A stretch of DNA of 32,000 bases from Candidatus Harpocratesius repetitus (GCA_021498095.1 JAIZWK010000001.1:240001-272000), one strand, 5' to 3'. Counted from the stretch's first letter, positions 18,125-27,985 are shown. Numbers and translations are program-made. The notes: a model not told the origin generated them from the sequence alone.

Positions 18125-19183
18125 TTAATCTTTTTTAATTGCTTCTGTAATAACTTTTTGAATAATAGGAATACTCTCCTTAATATCTTCGGCACTTAAG
18201 CCATAATGAGTAACAAAACGCAGTCGTTGTCCTATATCATGTTGCAATATACCGTTTTTTTTCAAATCTTGAGATAATTTAACAGGATTGATGTTTGTAG
18301 GAACAGGAAACATAACAATATTTGTCTGAGGTGTATTTATGTTAAGGTTGGGTGATATTTCTTTTAATCCATTAGCCAACAATTGAGCATTTTGATGATC
18401 TTCTTGCAGTCGATTTATCCATTTTTCTTCAGTAGCAACTAATCCCATCGCAGCCAATATTCCAGCCTGACGCCAGCCTCCACCCAACATTTTTCTCACC
18501 TTACGAGCTTTATTAATAAATTCTTGAGAACCCGCAATAATCGATCCGACAGGACATGCCAGTCCCTTTGAAAGGCAAAATTGTACAGAATCAACATATT
18601 TGGTATATTCAGAAACTGGAATTCCAGATGATACAGAAGCATTAAAAATACGAGCACCATCAAGATGAACTTTTAATTTATTCTTATCTGCAAACTTTCG
18701 AGTTTTTTCAAATAATTCAACAGGAAGAACCACTCCGCCATGGTAATTATGAGTATTTTCCAAACAAATCATAGATGTTGGAACTTCATGCACATCATCT
18801 GCATAATGAATAAGAGATTGCAGATTTTTTGGACCAAATATCCCTTTGTCTGAAGGAAAAGTCCGCATAACTAATCCACCGATACGAGCTGCACCTCCAA
18901 CTTCCCATTTATAGATGTGCGCATTCTCTTCAATTAAAATTTCTTCGCCAGGATGAGTTTGAGTGAGGATTGATACTAGATTGCCTTGAGTGCCAGATGT
19001 AACAAAAAGAGCGGCTTCTTTTCCAACCAACTTAGCACATTTAGATTCTAACCTATTGATGGTAGGATCTTCAAGTTCAACATCATCGCCTAAATCTGCG
19101 TTGGTTAATTTTTTTACTGCTTCCCACATTGCAGGCGAAGGTTTTGTAACAGTATCAGATCGATAATCAAATATTCGGTGCAT
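18125..19183 (-). CDS. ltaE: Low-specificity L-threonine aldolase
   Basis: DYRSDTVTKPS, GDDV..EDPT, SGTQGN, LENTHN, HLDGARIFNA and FCLSKGL (PLP lysine). Confidence 0.93.
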   Translation of the reverse strand: MHRIFDYRSDTVTKPSPAMWEAVKKLTNADLGDDVELEDPTINRLESKCAKLVGKEAALFVTSGTQGNLVSILTQTHPGEEILIEENAHIYKWEVGGAARIGGLVMRTFPSDKGIFGPKNLQSLIHYADDVHEVPTSMICLENTHNYHGGVVLPVELFEKTRKFADKNKLKVHLDGARIFNASVSSGIPVSEYTKYVDSVQFCLSKGLACPVGSIIAGSQEFINKARKVRKMLGGGWRQAGILAAMGLVATEEKWINRLQEDHQNAQLLANGLKEISPNLNINTPQTNIVMFPVPTNINPVKLSQDLKKNGILQHDIGQRLRFVTHYGLSAEDIKESIPIIQKVITEAIKKD

Positions 19184-19475
19184 ATAGGAAGAAAAGGGAG
19201 AAAATTATTTGATTATTTCGCTTTCTAATTTCAATTTGATTTTTTTGGATCTTTTTCACAAATCTTTTAGTGCTGATAAGTTTCTTTCTAATATATACAA
19301 CATAAATGTACTACATTTTCTTTAATAATCCATTTTAGCAAAGCTATTAGACAAGTGCATAAAAAGAATAATTTTGTTCGAGAAACTTACTATTTCTTTC
19401 TAGACCATTAAAACAAGCAGTAAAATACATAAAAAAGGAAAAAATACAAATTAATAGAATAATAGTGGAGAAATG

Positions 19476-21266
19476 TTATTCTTGAGCCTTTTTGAACAAA
19501 GGATCTGCTTCTTGAAGTGTTCGGCGCATGATTTTTCCAACATTGCTTTTTGGAATTTCATCAATAATTTCCACATATTTAGGAGCTTTCCAATGCGTTA
19601 TGTTCTGCAGTGCCCATTCTCGAATTTCATCTGCTGTAATTGTACCCCGTGCTTCTGGTTTAAGTGCAACCCAAGCTTTTACAGCTTCACCAGTCTTTTC
19701 ATCGGGTAATCCTGCAACAGCCACTTCTAAAACTTTAGGATGCTCTCCTATTAAAGATTCTACTTCTTTTGGAAATACTGAATGTCCAGCCATTTTAATT
19801 AACTGTTTCTTTCGATCACGAATGGCAATACGTCCATGTTCATCCATAAAACCAATGTCACCAGTCAATAACCACTTTCGTCCACCCCATTCTCGAATAT
19901 GGGTAGCAGTTTGTTCAGGATTCCGCCAATATCCTTTCATAACTTGGGGACCGCAGCAACAAATTTCGCCAGTACCTTCTTCACCGACTTTATCGATTGG
20001 TCCTTTAGAGAAATCTTCAGCATCAAAAATCATCCAATCAGTCCCTGGTGCAGGTACTCCAATATAACCTGGTTCACGAATTCCATAGAAATTATTACAT
20101 GATACTACAGGACTTGCTTCTGATAAGCCATATCCTTCAGTAATCTTTGCACCTGTTTTTTCTTCAAATGGTTTACGAACATATTCATGTAGAGGTCCTG
20201 CTCCACTAATACATAATCGTAATTTACCAGATAATGGATATTTATCAAGTACTTCTTGGGGAAGTTGGGCAATGCGTTGGAAGAGAATTTCAGCCGCACA
20301 ATAAATAAATCCATTATAGTCTGGAAGTGTGGTAATTGTTTTAATCAAATCTTCTGTTGGTGGGGGTTTTGGAAAAAGCATCATCCATGCACCGCATGCA
20401 ATAGCTGTATTCATTACAGTAGTCATAGCAAAACTGTGATAAAGTGGAAGAACACCAACCATTCCAGTTTTATGCCCTAATCGAGGTAATGTACTACCTT
20501 CTGGTTTTTGATTGACCAAAATCTCTAAACATTGGATTGCATTAGCAACTACATTTTGATGAGAGAGATCAGCTGCTTTAGGAACTCCAGTAGTTCCCCC
20601 TGTCATAATCAATGTGGCACTATCCTTTTCTGGATCTATCTCTACTTTAGGAACATTTGGAGATGTTTTCAAAACATCTATAAACATTACTGCATTTTCG
20701 CGCTCAATTTTTGCAGATGGTATTTTTTTAAGCAGTTTTCCTAAGAATTTTTTAAATCCAGATAGACCAGTTGCTTGGTCTACTAAATTTGTGATGATTA
20801 TCTTTTCAAAGGAATATTGATCCTCTATTTTAGTGATATAGTGGAAGTAGAGTGCATCTAACGCCACTAAAACCTTCGGTCCACAGATTTTAAACTGATG
20901 TAATATTTCCAACGATTGATATGTTGGATTAATCCCAGTTGGTACGGCTCCAATTTTAGCTGCCCCATAAAAAGCAACCACATATTGAATACAATTCGGT
21001 AAATGGATAGCTACTACGTCTCCCTTCTTTATACCAATTGAATTTAAATAGGTCGCAAATCGATCAACCATATCTTTCAATTCTGCATAACTGACCCACG
21101 AATCTAAAAACCAAATTGCTGGATCATTGGGATATTTAGCCGCCGTCTCATCAAGCATCCGGCCCAAAGTAAGAGAATAATCATAATCCAATTGATGGGG
21201 CACACCTTTCGGCCAAAACTTACCATAAAAGGGCCGATCTTCACTAACTTCATATTTTAATGTCAT
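19476..21266 (-). CDS. fadD: Long-chain fatty acid-CoA ligase (ANL superfamily)
   Basis: TGGTTGVPKA, LPLYHSFA, EGYGLSE, TGDIG, DRKKQLIK and GKIMRR. The start is set at ATG 21266 (MTLKY) with GGGTG upstream. Confidence 0.9.
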   Translation of the reverse strand: MTLKYEVSEDRPFYGKFWPKGVPHQLDYDYSLTLGRMLDETAAKYPNDPAIWFLDSWVSYAELKDMVDRFATYLNSIGIKKGDVVAIHLPNCIQYVVAFYGAAKIGAVPTGINPTYQSLEILHQFKICGPKVLVALDALYFHYITKIEDQYSFEKIIITNLVDQATGLSGFKKFLGKLLKKIPSAKIERENAVMFIDVLKTSPNVPKVEIDPEKDSATLIMTGGTTGVPKAADLSHQNVVANAIQCLEILVNQKPEGSTLPRLGHKTGMVGVLPLYHSFAMTTVMNTAIACGAWMMLFPKPPPTEDLIKTITTLPDYNGFIYCAAEILFQRIAQLPQEVLDKYPLSGKLRLCISGAGPLHEYVRKPFEEKTGAKITEGYGLSEASPVVSCNNFYGIREPGYIGVPAPGTDWMIFDAEDFSKGPIDKVGEEGTGEICCCGPQVMKGYWRNPEQTATHIREWGGRKWLLTGDIGFMDEHGRIAIRDRKKQLIKMAGHSVFPKEVESLIGEHPKVLEVAVAGLPDEKTGEAVKAWVALKPEARGTITADEIREWALQNITHWKAPKYVEIIDEIPKSNVGKIMRRTLQEADPLFKKAQE

Positions 21267-21650
21267 CTTATTTACACCCAACCATATTTAGTTGATTTTA
21301 GTGCAATACATCGATTTTTGAATTTAGTTTTATTATATGGATTTTTCTGTATAAATTTTGAAACGAAATGATCCATTAATCCAAAGAAGAATAACCCTTG
21401 TTCTTCGTTTTTCACTAAATTCTAAAATACGATGAATTATTTCATCTTTCTCTTTGAAATTTATAAATGTTCATCTTTTGAAAGTATAAGCTCCTTTGTG
21501 ATCAATTACATCAGCTATCTGTCCACCTTAATTATTTTTAAACTCAATATAATTTACTCCAAATATAAAAGAGGATTACAAGAGCAAATTTCTATTAAAA
21601 AAAGCCACAATCTTGAAATTCTTTCCCCCGTTAGTAAAATGTGACTTTTT

Positions 21651-22853
21651 ATGATTATTTTAGAAGAACCTTATGTATCCGGTTTTCTACAAGATACGTT
21701 AAAAAGAATGCAAATTCCAGTACTTTACAATAATGCCGTACAAAATATGAATCTATCTCCTGAATTGAATTATTTTCCTCCTGAAAAATTTATTACCGAG
21801 TATAAAAACAAAGCAAATATTCCTTTATATAGTTCTTCCGAAAATGCACTAGATTGGATTATTAAGAATCTCGGCAGTGCTTCAAATCTTCATCATAGCA
21901 ACCTTTCTAGGCAAATCAAATTGTTCAAGGATAAATTTTTATTCCGTTCAATCATGCAAGCTCAATTCCCAAATTTTCATTTTACTAAAGTTGCATATTC
22001 AGAATTATTAAATTTTGATATTTCTTCTCTTTCTTTTCCAGTAATTATCAAACCAAATATCGGTTTTTTCAGTGTGGCTGTGTATCGCATAAATTCTGCA
22101 GACGAATGGAATTCGACAGTTTCTGCAATTATATCAGAAATGAAAAATCTCGAAGGTGTTTTTCCCTCTACAGTAGTTAATGCTGCGGAGTTTATTATTG
22201 AAGATGTAATAGAAGGTGACGAATTTGCTGTAGATGTGTATTTTGATCAGCATTCTCAACCTGTAATTTTGAATATTATGAAGCATATATTTGCCAACCC
22301 GAAAGATACTAGCGATCGTTTATATATTACTTCTAAAGAGATAATTGAATCCACACATGATTCTTTAAGTTCAATTCTTCAAGAAATCGGAAAACGTACC
22401 CAAATAAAATTATTTCCATTACATATTGAAGTTCGAATAAATAGTCAAGGTGATATTGGTATCATTGAAGCAAATCCAATGAGATTTGCAGGTCTTTGTG
22501 TAACTGATTTAGCATATTATGCTTATGGAAGTAATAATTATGAATTATTTTTTAAGCAACAAAAACCTGATTGGAAACATTTATTGAATGGAAAAGATGG
22601 AAAGATTTATGCAATGATTGTAGGAACACTCCCTCGGGATCTTCCTTTAGAGCATATTGAATATGTTGATTACCAGGCATTTTGCAGTAAATTATCTCAT
22701 GTACTTGAATGTCGAGAAATGGATGTTCATAAATTTCCATTATTTACCATAACTTTTGCAGAATTTGATAAATATGATAAATCCAGCATGGATGAAATGA
22801 ATTGGGCGCTTCATTCAGATTTTGGAGAATTTTTCATTTTAAAAAATAAGTAA
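21651..22853 (+). CDS. ATP-grasp domain protein
   Basis: FKDKFLFR, FPVIIKPNIGFFS, FIIEDVIEGDEFAVD, HIEVR and IIEANPMRFAG. Confidence 0.85.
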   Translation: MIILEEPYVSGFLQDTLKRMQIPVLYNNAVQNMNLSPELNYFPPEKFITEYKNKANIPLYSSSENALDWIIKNLGSASNLHHSNLSRQIKLFKDKFLFRSIMQAQFPNFHFTKVAYSELLNFDISSLSFPVIIKPNIGFFSVAVYRINSADEWNSTVSAIISEMKNLEGVFPSTVVNAAEFIIEDVIEGDEFAVDVYFDQHSQPVILNIMKHIFANPKDTSDRLYITSKEIIESTHDSLSSILQEIGKRTQIKLFPLHIEVRINSQGDIGIIEANPMRFAGLCVTDLAYYAYGSNNYELFFKQQKPDWKHLLNGKDGKIYAMIVGTLPRDLPLEHIEYVDYQAFCSKLSHVLECREMDVHKFPLFTITFAEFDKYDKSSMDEMNWALHSDFGEFFILKNK

Positions 22854-23003
22854 AAGATTAGAATCAAGAGCAACAGAAATTAACATCAATTATGATTCTG
22901 ACAGCATCCTTGAGTACAAAATAAAGACATTTCATCCATTTAGTTAATATTCATTTGATTTAATAAAAAAAATGGATATTCTCCATTTTTTTATTCTTTT
23001 TCT

Positions 23004-23981
23004 CTATTCAATGTTTGGAATCTCAACTGGAATTCTTATCAGATGAACTTGCCGCTCTCGATGAACTGCCACTACATGACGACTAATTATAACAACTCCA
23101 ATGATATTTAGGAACAAACCAAACAAGGATAAAATTGTCATATGATATGTTGAATCAATTATTAAGTATAAAAGAACAGGGAATGAAAGATAAAATGTAT
23201 TGTAAAAGCTTATCATTAAAGGAGCCTTTGCGTCAAGAGAATAAGCCCATTGAGTAATAAAAAAGGAAAATGAGCCCATAAGTAAAGAAATAAGAAAGAT
23301 AATCCAACCCATCGTTGTTATTGGAAAGAAAGAAGAGACTTGAGATATTTGAGATACTCCATATTCTTGACTTATATCCTTCAATATAGGATCTAAAGAA
23401 CCCATTACACCACCAATTGCACCAAAAACGATACCAATTAATGCAGGTGTTCCAATTTTAGTTGAAATGAAGATCCCAACCAATGCAAAAAAGAAAAATA
23501 TGCAAATAACAATCCAAGCAGCATTATAGTTCAATTCATTGCTACGATAAGGTTTTAATATATTCTCTAATCCGATTAGAACCGTTCCAGCAAGAATAGC
23601 AGTTATTCCATAAAGCTGCAGCTTAGGAATATGATCATGCATTACTTTTTTCGAATAAATAAATAATACGAGCATTCCTAAAGGAAATACACTAGTAAAG
23701 TAAGGCGCACGACCATATCTTGTTGCAATGGTACCCCAAATAATAGGTGTTTGGTTTAAAATAACCCCAATCAAATAAATCCACATATAAATATGTGACT
23801 TTTTACTAAATAATCCCCGCATATCATGAGCAAAACTATAGGTATAACCTCTTTCTATAACACGATCTCGATTTTTTTTAAATAATCGAATTCCATGATC
23901 TTGCATTGCTTTGGATAAATGAATAGCAATAGAATTAATAACCCCATACAAAACAGTCAGCCAAGCTAGTGAACCGCTCAT
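23004..23981 (-). CDS. DMT-superfamily (NIPA/EamA-like) membrane transporter
   Basis: About 9 TM segments with a two-repeat DMT pattern (..TSVFPLGMLVLFIYSKKVMHD..YGITAILAGTVLIG; ..NIIGVVII). Confidence 0.65.
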   Translation of the reverse strand: MSGSLAWLTVLYGVINSIAIHLSKAMQDHGIRLFKKNRDRVIERGYTYSFAHDMRGLFSKKSHIYMWIYLIGVILNQTPIIWGTIATRYGRAPYFTSVFPLGMLVLFIYSKKVMHDHIPKLQLYGITAILAGTVLIGLENILKPYRSNELNYNAAWIVICIFFFFALVGIFISTKIGTPALIGIVFGAIGGVMGSLDPILKDISQEYGVSQISQVSSFFPITTMGWIIFLISLLMGSFSFFITQWAYSLDAKAPLMISFYNTFYLSFPVLLYLIIDSTYHMTILSLFGLFLNIIGVVIISRHVVAVHRERQVHLIRIPVEIPNIE

Positions 23982-24795
23982 ACCCCACTATTTTCACCTA
24001 AGTATCTTTTAATATTTGAAAGTGATCTTTAAGGAAAAAAAAAAAATTTTTTTCGAATTTTCATGATATTTCATTTTATTCTATGATATTTTTGGATTTA
24101 TAATTTAATTATCGTAATAATTTGAATATTTCTTGAAATAAATAGAATTATTAATTTATATATCAAAATAATCGGTAGAAATCAAATATTTGATTAATAT
24201 GAATTTGGTCCAACAACACATATTATCGCTAAAAATATTACTCGGTTATATATTTTAATTTACCATTTGTAAAAATAAATTGAAAATTCCATAAAATTCA
24301 TATTTTTACCATAGAAATCATGAATTTTTACAGAATTATCAAGTATATCAACTTTTCGATTGTTGTAAAATTTTTTCTGATAAAATACTCGAGATCCTTG
24401 GACAGACGTATAAATTTTTTTAGGAATTTCATTTATCAAATATTTTTTTTCTGCTCTCTCCAAATATATAGAACTAAAAAGCCAAAATTGCAAAAATTTC
24501 CAATTCATAATATTATTAAAAACAACTCTATCTTTTCAAGCGGTTAAAAAATTATACAAGATAGAGATTATGCCAGTTGCATTATTTGAGGGAATTCCCA
24601 ACCACGGTATGCTCTAAAATAAAGTAATTCAAATAATTCGGCAACCACTTTAATTTAATTGAAAGAAATATAATTTATTCTCTTTTTTTTAATCCTTAAA
24701 AATCCCACAAAACAATTAAAAATACATGCGTTATTATATCAAATACTTAAAATAAACATAAAGATCTCTTTTTTTGAAATTATTGAAATTACTGT

Positions 24796-25821
24796 TTGAT
24801 AGGAGGCGAAAAAAAAATATCATTTTCAACATCAACACCTGGTACACCTTCAAATGCTTATTACAGATTTGGAAAAGCGATGAAAAATTATGCTATTGCT
24901 CAATGGATATCTCTTGGTGCAGGTTTGCTTTATGTTGTATTTATTAATATATTTGCCGTTGTAAGTTTAAATTCAGATTTTTTTGACATATTGCCAAATG
25001 GGTATTATGGAATGGTTAATTCATATATTCTTTTCTCAATTATCATGATTGGTAGTTCATTACTCATGCTGGGAGTTGCAATTTTAGTATTTGTTCGTTA
25101 TATTCAATATTTAATGAGATTAAAAGAAGCTTGTAATGCATCCCAAAATCCAAAATTACTTGGTCATTATAAATATGAAATTAGAGTTCTAATCCTTAGT
25201 ATAATTTTTCCAGTTGTTGCAATTATAGCGTTATTTACTGCATTCTTTCCATTAACCACAAATATATCACTTATGATTCAACCCATCTATGTAACAGAAC
25301 CTGATATGATTCAAACAATGTATGGGTTTATGATTGGAATAATTATACTAATTCTATTATTAGTGGTGTTTGCGATTGTTATCTTTATTTTTAGAATACT
25401 GAGTGTTCTAAGACTTGATGAATGGGCTGAAGAATTGCAACTACAATCTCCTGTTTCTATGACAGCGATAAAGGAAGGTACTAATTTAATCAAGTGGGGT
25501 GTCATTATTGCAATAATTCCATTTTTGAGTTCATTTTCTACTATTGTTCTTTTAATTGGATATACAAAAGCTGGTAATGCTATTGCAAATACTTTTGCTG
25601 CACAAGATATTGCGATTGGTTCAGGACCAAGCTTTACATCCTATACAACACCATCCACACCCACTTTCGGAACAACATCTATGCCTAATGCAGGACAGAC
25701 ATACACCAGATCACCCCCTAGAACAAAACCTTTAGGAAGCAATCTTTGTCCATTCTGTGGGGCACCATTACCTTCAGAAGATGCTAAATTTTGCGGTACA
25801 TGTGGAAACGCAGTCAGATAG
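24796..25821 (+). CDS. Polytopic membrane protein with a C-terminal S/T/P linker and zinc ribbon
   Basis: About 5 TM segments and CPFCGAPL....KFCGTCG at the C-terminus. The start is uncertain (TTG 24796, ATA 24817 or a later ATG). Confidence 0.75.
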   Translation: MIGGEKKISFSTSTPGTPSNAYYRFGKAMKNYAIAQWISLGAGLLYVVFINIFAVVSLNSDFFDILPNGYYGMVNSYILFSIIMIGSSLLMLGVAILVFVRYIQYLMRLKEACNASQNPKLLGHYKYEIRVLILSIIFPVVAIIALFTAFFPLTTNISLMIQPIYVTEPDMIQTMYGFMIGIIILILLLVVFAIVIFIFRILSVLRLDEWAEELQLQSPVSMTAIKEGTNLIKWGVIIAIIPFLSSFSTIVLLIGYTKAGNAIANTFAAQDIAIGSGPSFTSYTTPSTPTFGTTSMPNAGQTYTRSPPRTKPLGSNLCPFCGAPLPSEDAKFCGTCGNAVR

Positions 25822-26060
25822 TTATATTTCCTTTTTTTTTACTCATTTTTCAATTAAAATTTTAAAAAAATAGTGAACATTATTATTTTTAACACTAACT
25901 AACTATTTATTATTAAATTTTATACCAAAATATGAATATTTTTTTTTACATGAATTCCCATAAAAATAATAAGGATGTAAATAACAATCTTTAAAATAAT
26001 ATTTCATAAATAAAAAAGTATAAAATAATACTCTATAATAAATTAGGAGCATTAACAAAA

Positions 26061-26258
26061 ATGTCTGATGATAATGCCATTTTTCGGAAACAAGTCATTT
26101 CTTATTACAGAAAAAATATTTATGATTATGAGGGGGAAGTTTTAGAATGGATCCCGCGCAATAAAACGCGCATTTTGGATTTAATGCAAGAAAAATTCAA
26201 AGATCACCCCGTCACTGAAATAGAACGCATCTTAAACGAATATTATTCTGAAATGTAA
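26061..26258 (+). CDS. Small hypothetical protein
   Basis: 65-aa ORF with an ATG start, GGAG upstream and a soluble-protein composition. Confidence 0.6.
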   Translation: MSDDNAIFRKQVISYYRKNIYDYEGEVLEWIPRNKTRILDLMQEKFKDHPVTEIERILNEYYSEM

Positions 26259-26365
26259 TGATTGATTTGAAATCGAAATGTAATTGTAATTAATAATAGA
26301 TATATTCGAAATCCACTTAATATTATACAATTTTAATTTTTGATCAAATCATAGATTATACATTC

Positions 26366-26692
26366 TTATGCTAATCTCATTCCAGGTTTAATTTTTTCAC
26401 GATATCTTTCATCGGGTTTTAATAATACCGCTGAATTATCTGCATCGATGGCTAAAAGAAAACCTTCTGATTTTAGATTGCCTAATTGCAAATTTAAAGC
26501 TACTAAAACGTATTCGCCTAAAAGATCTTCAGCAGAATACCATTCTTTAATTGCAGTAACAATTGTTCGATTATCTTTTTCCCCAATATCCACTTTTAAC
26601 TCTAAAAGTGAATCTGAATCGGAAATTGATTTACACTGCACTACTTTTCCTAATCGAATATCTAAACTTTTAAAATCCTTAAAGGACGGCAT
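26366..26692 (-). CDS. tRNA-binding OB-fold protein (Trbp111/CsaA/MetRS C-terminal-like)
   Basis: F.DFKSLDIRLGKV, LLELKVDIGE..RTIV, Y..EDLLG..V....NL and KSEGFLLA. Confidence 0.85.
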   Translation of the reverse strand: MPSFKDFKSLDIRLGKVVQCKSISDSDSLLELKVDIGEKDNRTIVTAIKEWYSAEDLLGEYVLVALNLQLGNLKSEGFLLAIDADNSAVLLKPDERYREKIKPGMRLA

Positions 26693-26904
26693 GTTACTCT
26701 CTTCAAAATAATTGTTGAATCAAATTCTTGATTACTTACAATATTAATAGGCAAATTAAGCAATTTTAAATTTTTGCCTTAACACAGTATTTTAAAATCA
26801 TCTCACATTTGAAATAAAAAAACTATGCATTCAATTCTTTAATTCTTGATTAAAATTAAGATTTTTTTGTTTTCCACCTATACAGCAATATACACCGAGA
26901 TCCC

Positions 26905-26947
26905 AAAAGAAAGAAAAAAAATTCACGCCCAACTTTTAAAGTGGGGC
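26905..26947 (-). terminator. Hairpin plus U-tract after the histone pair
   Basis: Minus-strand GCCCCACTTTAAAAGTTGGGC (8 bp with one mismatch, 26947-26927) followed by TTTTTTTTTCTTTCTTTT. Confidence 0.6.
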
Positions 26948-26977
26948 TACTTTCCTAATAAATAACTAATACTACAA

Positions 26978-27196
26978 TTAGTAATTTTCAATTGCCAATT
27001 CCATATCAGAAGCTGAAACCTTTTTCCGCTTCGAATGTTTTGCAAAAACTATGGCTGACTCAGTCAGTGCTTTTGCACGTTTCTCTAAATAATCCAATAA
27101 TACCTCGACCGCATCTCTGCTGACAATTTCAGCACCCGCATCCGCCATTAAAGCCCTAAGAGGCGACCAGGCAAATAGACGTCTTTTTTTTGCCAT
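26978..27196 (-). CDS. Archaeal histone (HMf-like fold), copy 2
   Basis: AGAEIVSRDAV..AKHSKRKKVSASDMELA histone-fold pattern. Start ATG 27196 (MAKKRR) with GGAGTGA upstream. Confidence 0.93.
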   Translation of the reverse strand: MAKKRRLFAWSPLRALMADAGAEIVSRDAVEVLLDYLEKRAKALTESAIVFAKHSKRKKVSASDMELAIENY

Positions 27197-27250
27197 TATC
27201 TTCACTCCAATTTAATTTAAAAAAAAATTTGATTTATCTTAAAATACGAA

Positions 27251-27472
27251 TTAGTGATAATATTCGATTGCCAAGCCCATATCTTCTTTGGTAACTTTCT
27301 TTCGTTTAGCGTGTTTGGCAAATTTTAAGGACATTTCGGTTAATTTTTTCGCTCGATCTTCTAAATAGAAGAGTAAAGATTCAACAGCTTCCCGGGATAC
27401 GATTTCAGCACCGGCCGATTTCATAAGAGCCCGTAATGGACTCCACGCAAAAATTCTACGTTTTTTCGCCAT
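27251..27472 (-). CDS. Archaeal histone (HMf-like fold), copy 1
   Basis: AGAEIVSREAV..AKHAKRKKVTKEDMGLA; 54/72 aa identical to copy 2. Start ATG 27472 with GGAG upstream. Confidence 0.93.
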   Translation of the reverse strand: MAKKRRIFAWSPLRALMKSAGAEIVSREAVESLLFYLEDRAKKLTEMSLKFAKHAKRKKVTKEDMGLAIEYYH

Positions 27473-27500
27473 AATAATCATTCTCCGCAATTTTCAGAGT

Positions 27501-27567
27501 GATTGTGGCTACGTTTTAGCCGATTACACCTTTTTTTTGAGGTGTTAACGGATTGACGATCACAATC
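27501..27567 (-). other. Structured 5' leader of the histone genes
   Basis: Outer stem GATTGTG/CACAATC enclosing the hairpins ACACCT/AGGTGT and GGCTA/TAGCC, downstream of a TATA box. Confidence 0.45.
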
Positions 27568-27590
27568 TAAATAATATATGGTAAAGTATG

Positions 27591-27600
27591 TATATAAAGG
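27591..27600 (-). promoter_or_regulatory. TATA box for the histone genes
   Basis: Minus-strand CCTTTATATA preceded by an A-rich BRE-like CACAAA, implying a TSS near 27568. Confidence 0.55.
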
Positions 27601-27985
27601 TTTGTGATGATTTAACTGTTTGGGGTAAAATTTGCATCCAAATTTGATGGATCGATTGGTATTACGACAAAAATAAAGATCTGAGCAAATCGAGATCTAG
27701 TGATTTCCTCGATGGTGGCAAAAAAAATAAAGGCTTAATGCAGAGATTTAAGAGTAAGACATAGATGAAAAGCGATGATCTCAATATAATTCTGCGATCT
27801 TTTCAACTCAACTCAGAATAATTAGAGTATATATGTTGAAAAATGGAATTTTACACCAAAACTTGCATTAATCCAATGATCCATTAGATTATCTATTGAT
27901 TTTCTTCATAAGAATATTCAAATTAACATCAAGATAATAAAGAAATTAAGGAAAAAAGATAAAGAAGACATAGATTTTTCTCGAT

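Noticed and set aside
19528-20067. 179-aa plus-strand ORF
   Set aside because: It lies fully antisense to the well-supported acyl-CoA ligase and has S/P-rich shadow composition.
24000-24790. Long AT-rich gap with ORFs 24260-24508 and 24320-24547; checked for CRISPR repeats, ncRNA or an origin
   Set aside because: No regular repeats, stable structure or ORB-like motifs were seen, and the ORFs look spurious.
26927-26947. Homology to the eukaryotic histone 3' stem-loop (SLBP site)
   Set aside because: Stem length, loop and flanks do not fit the consensus; the similarity is positional only.
27604-27684. Possible C/D box sRNA (GTGATGA ... CTGA)
   Set aside because: The boxes are about 80 nt apart, C'/D' are poor, there is no terminal stem, and it overlaps the histone promoter region.
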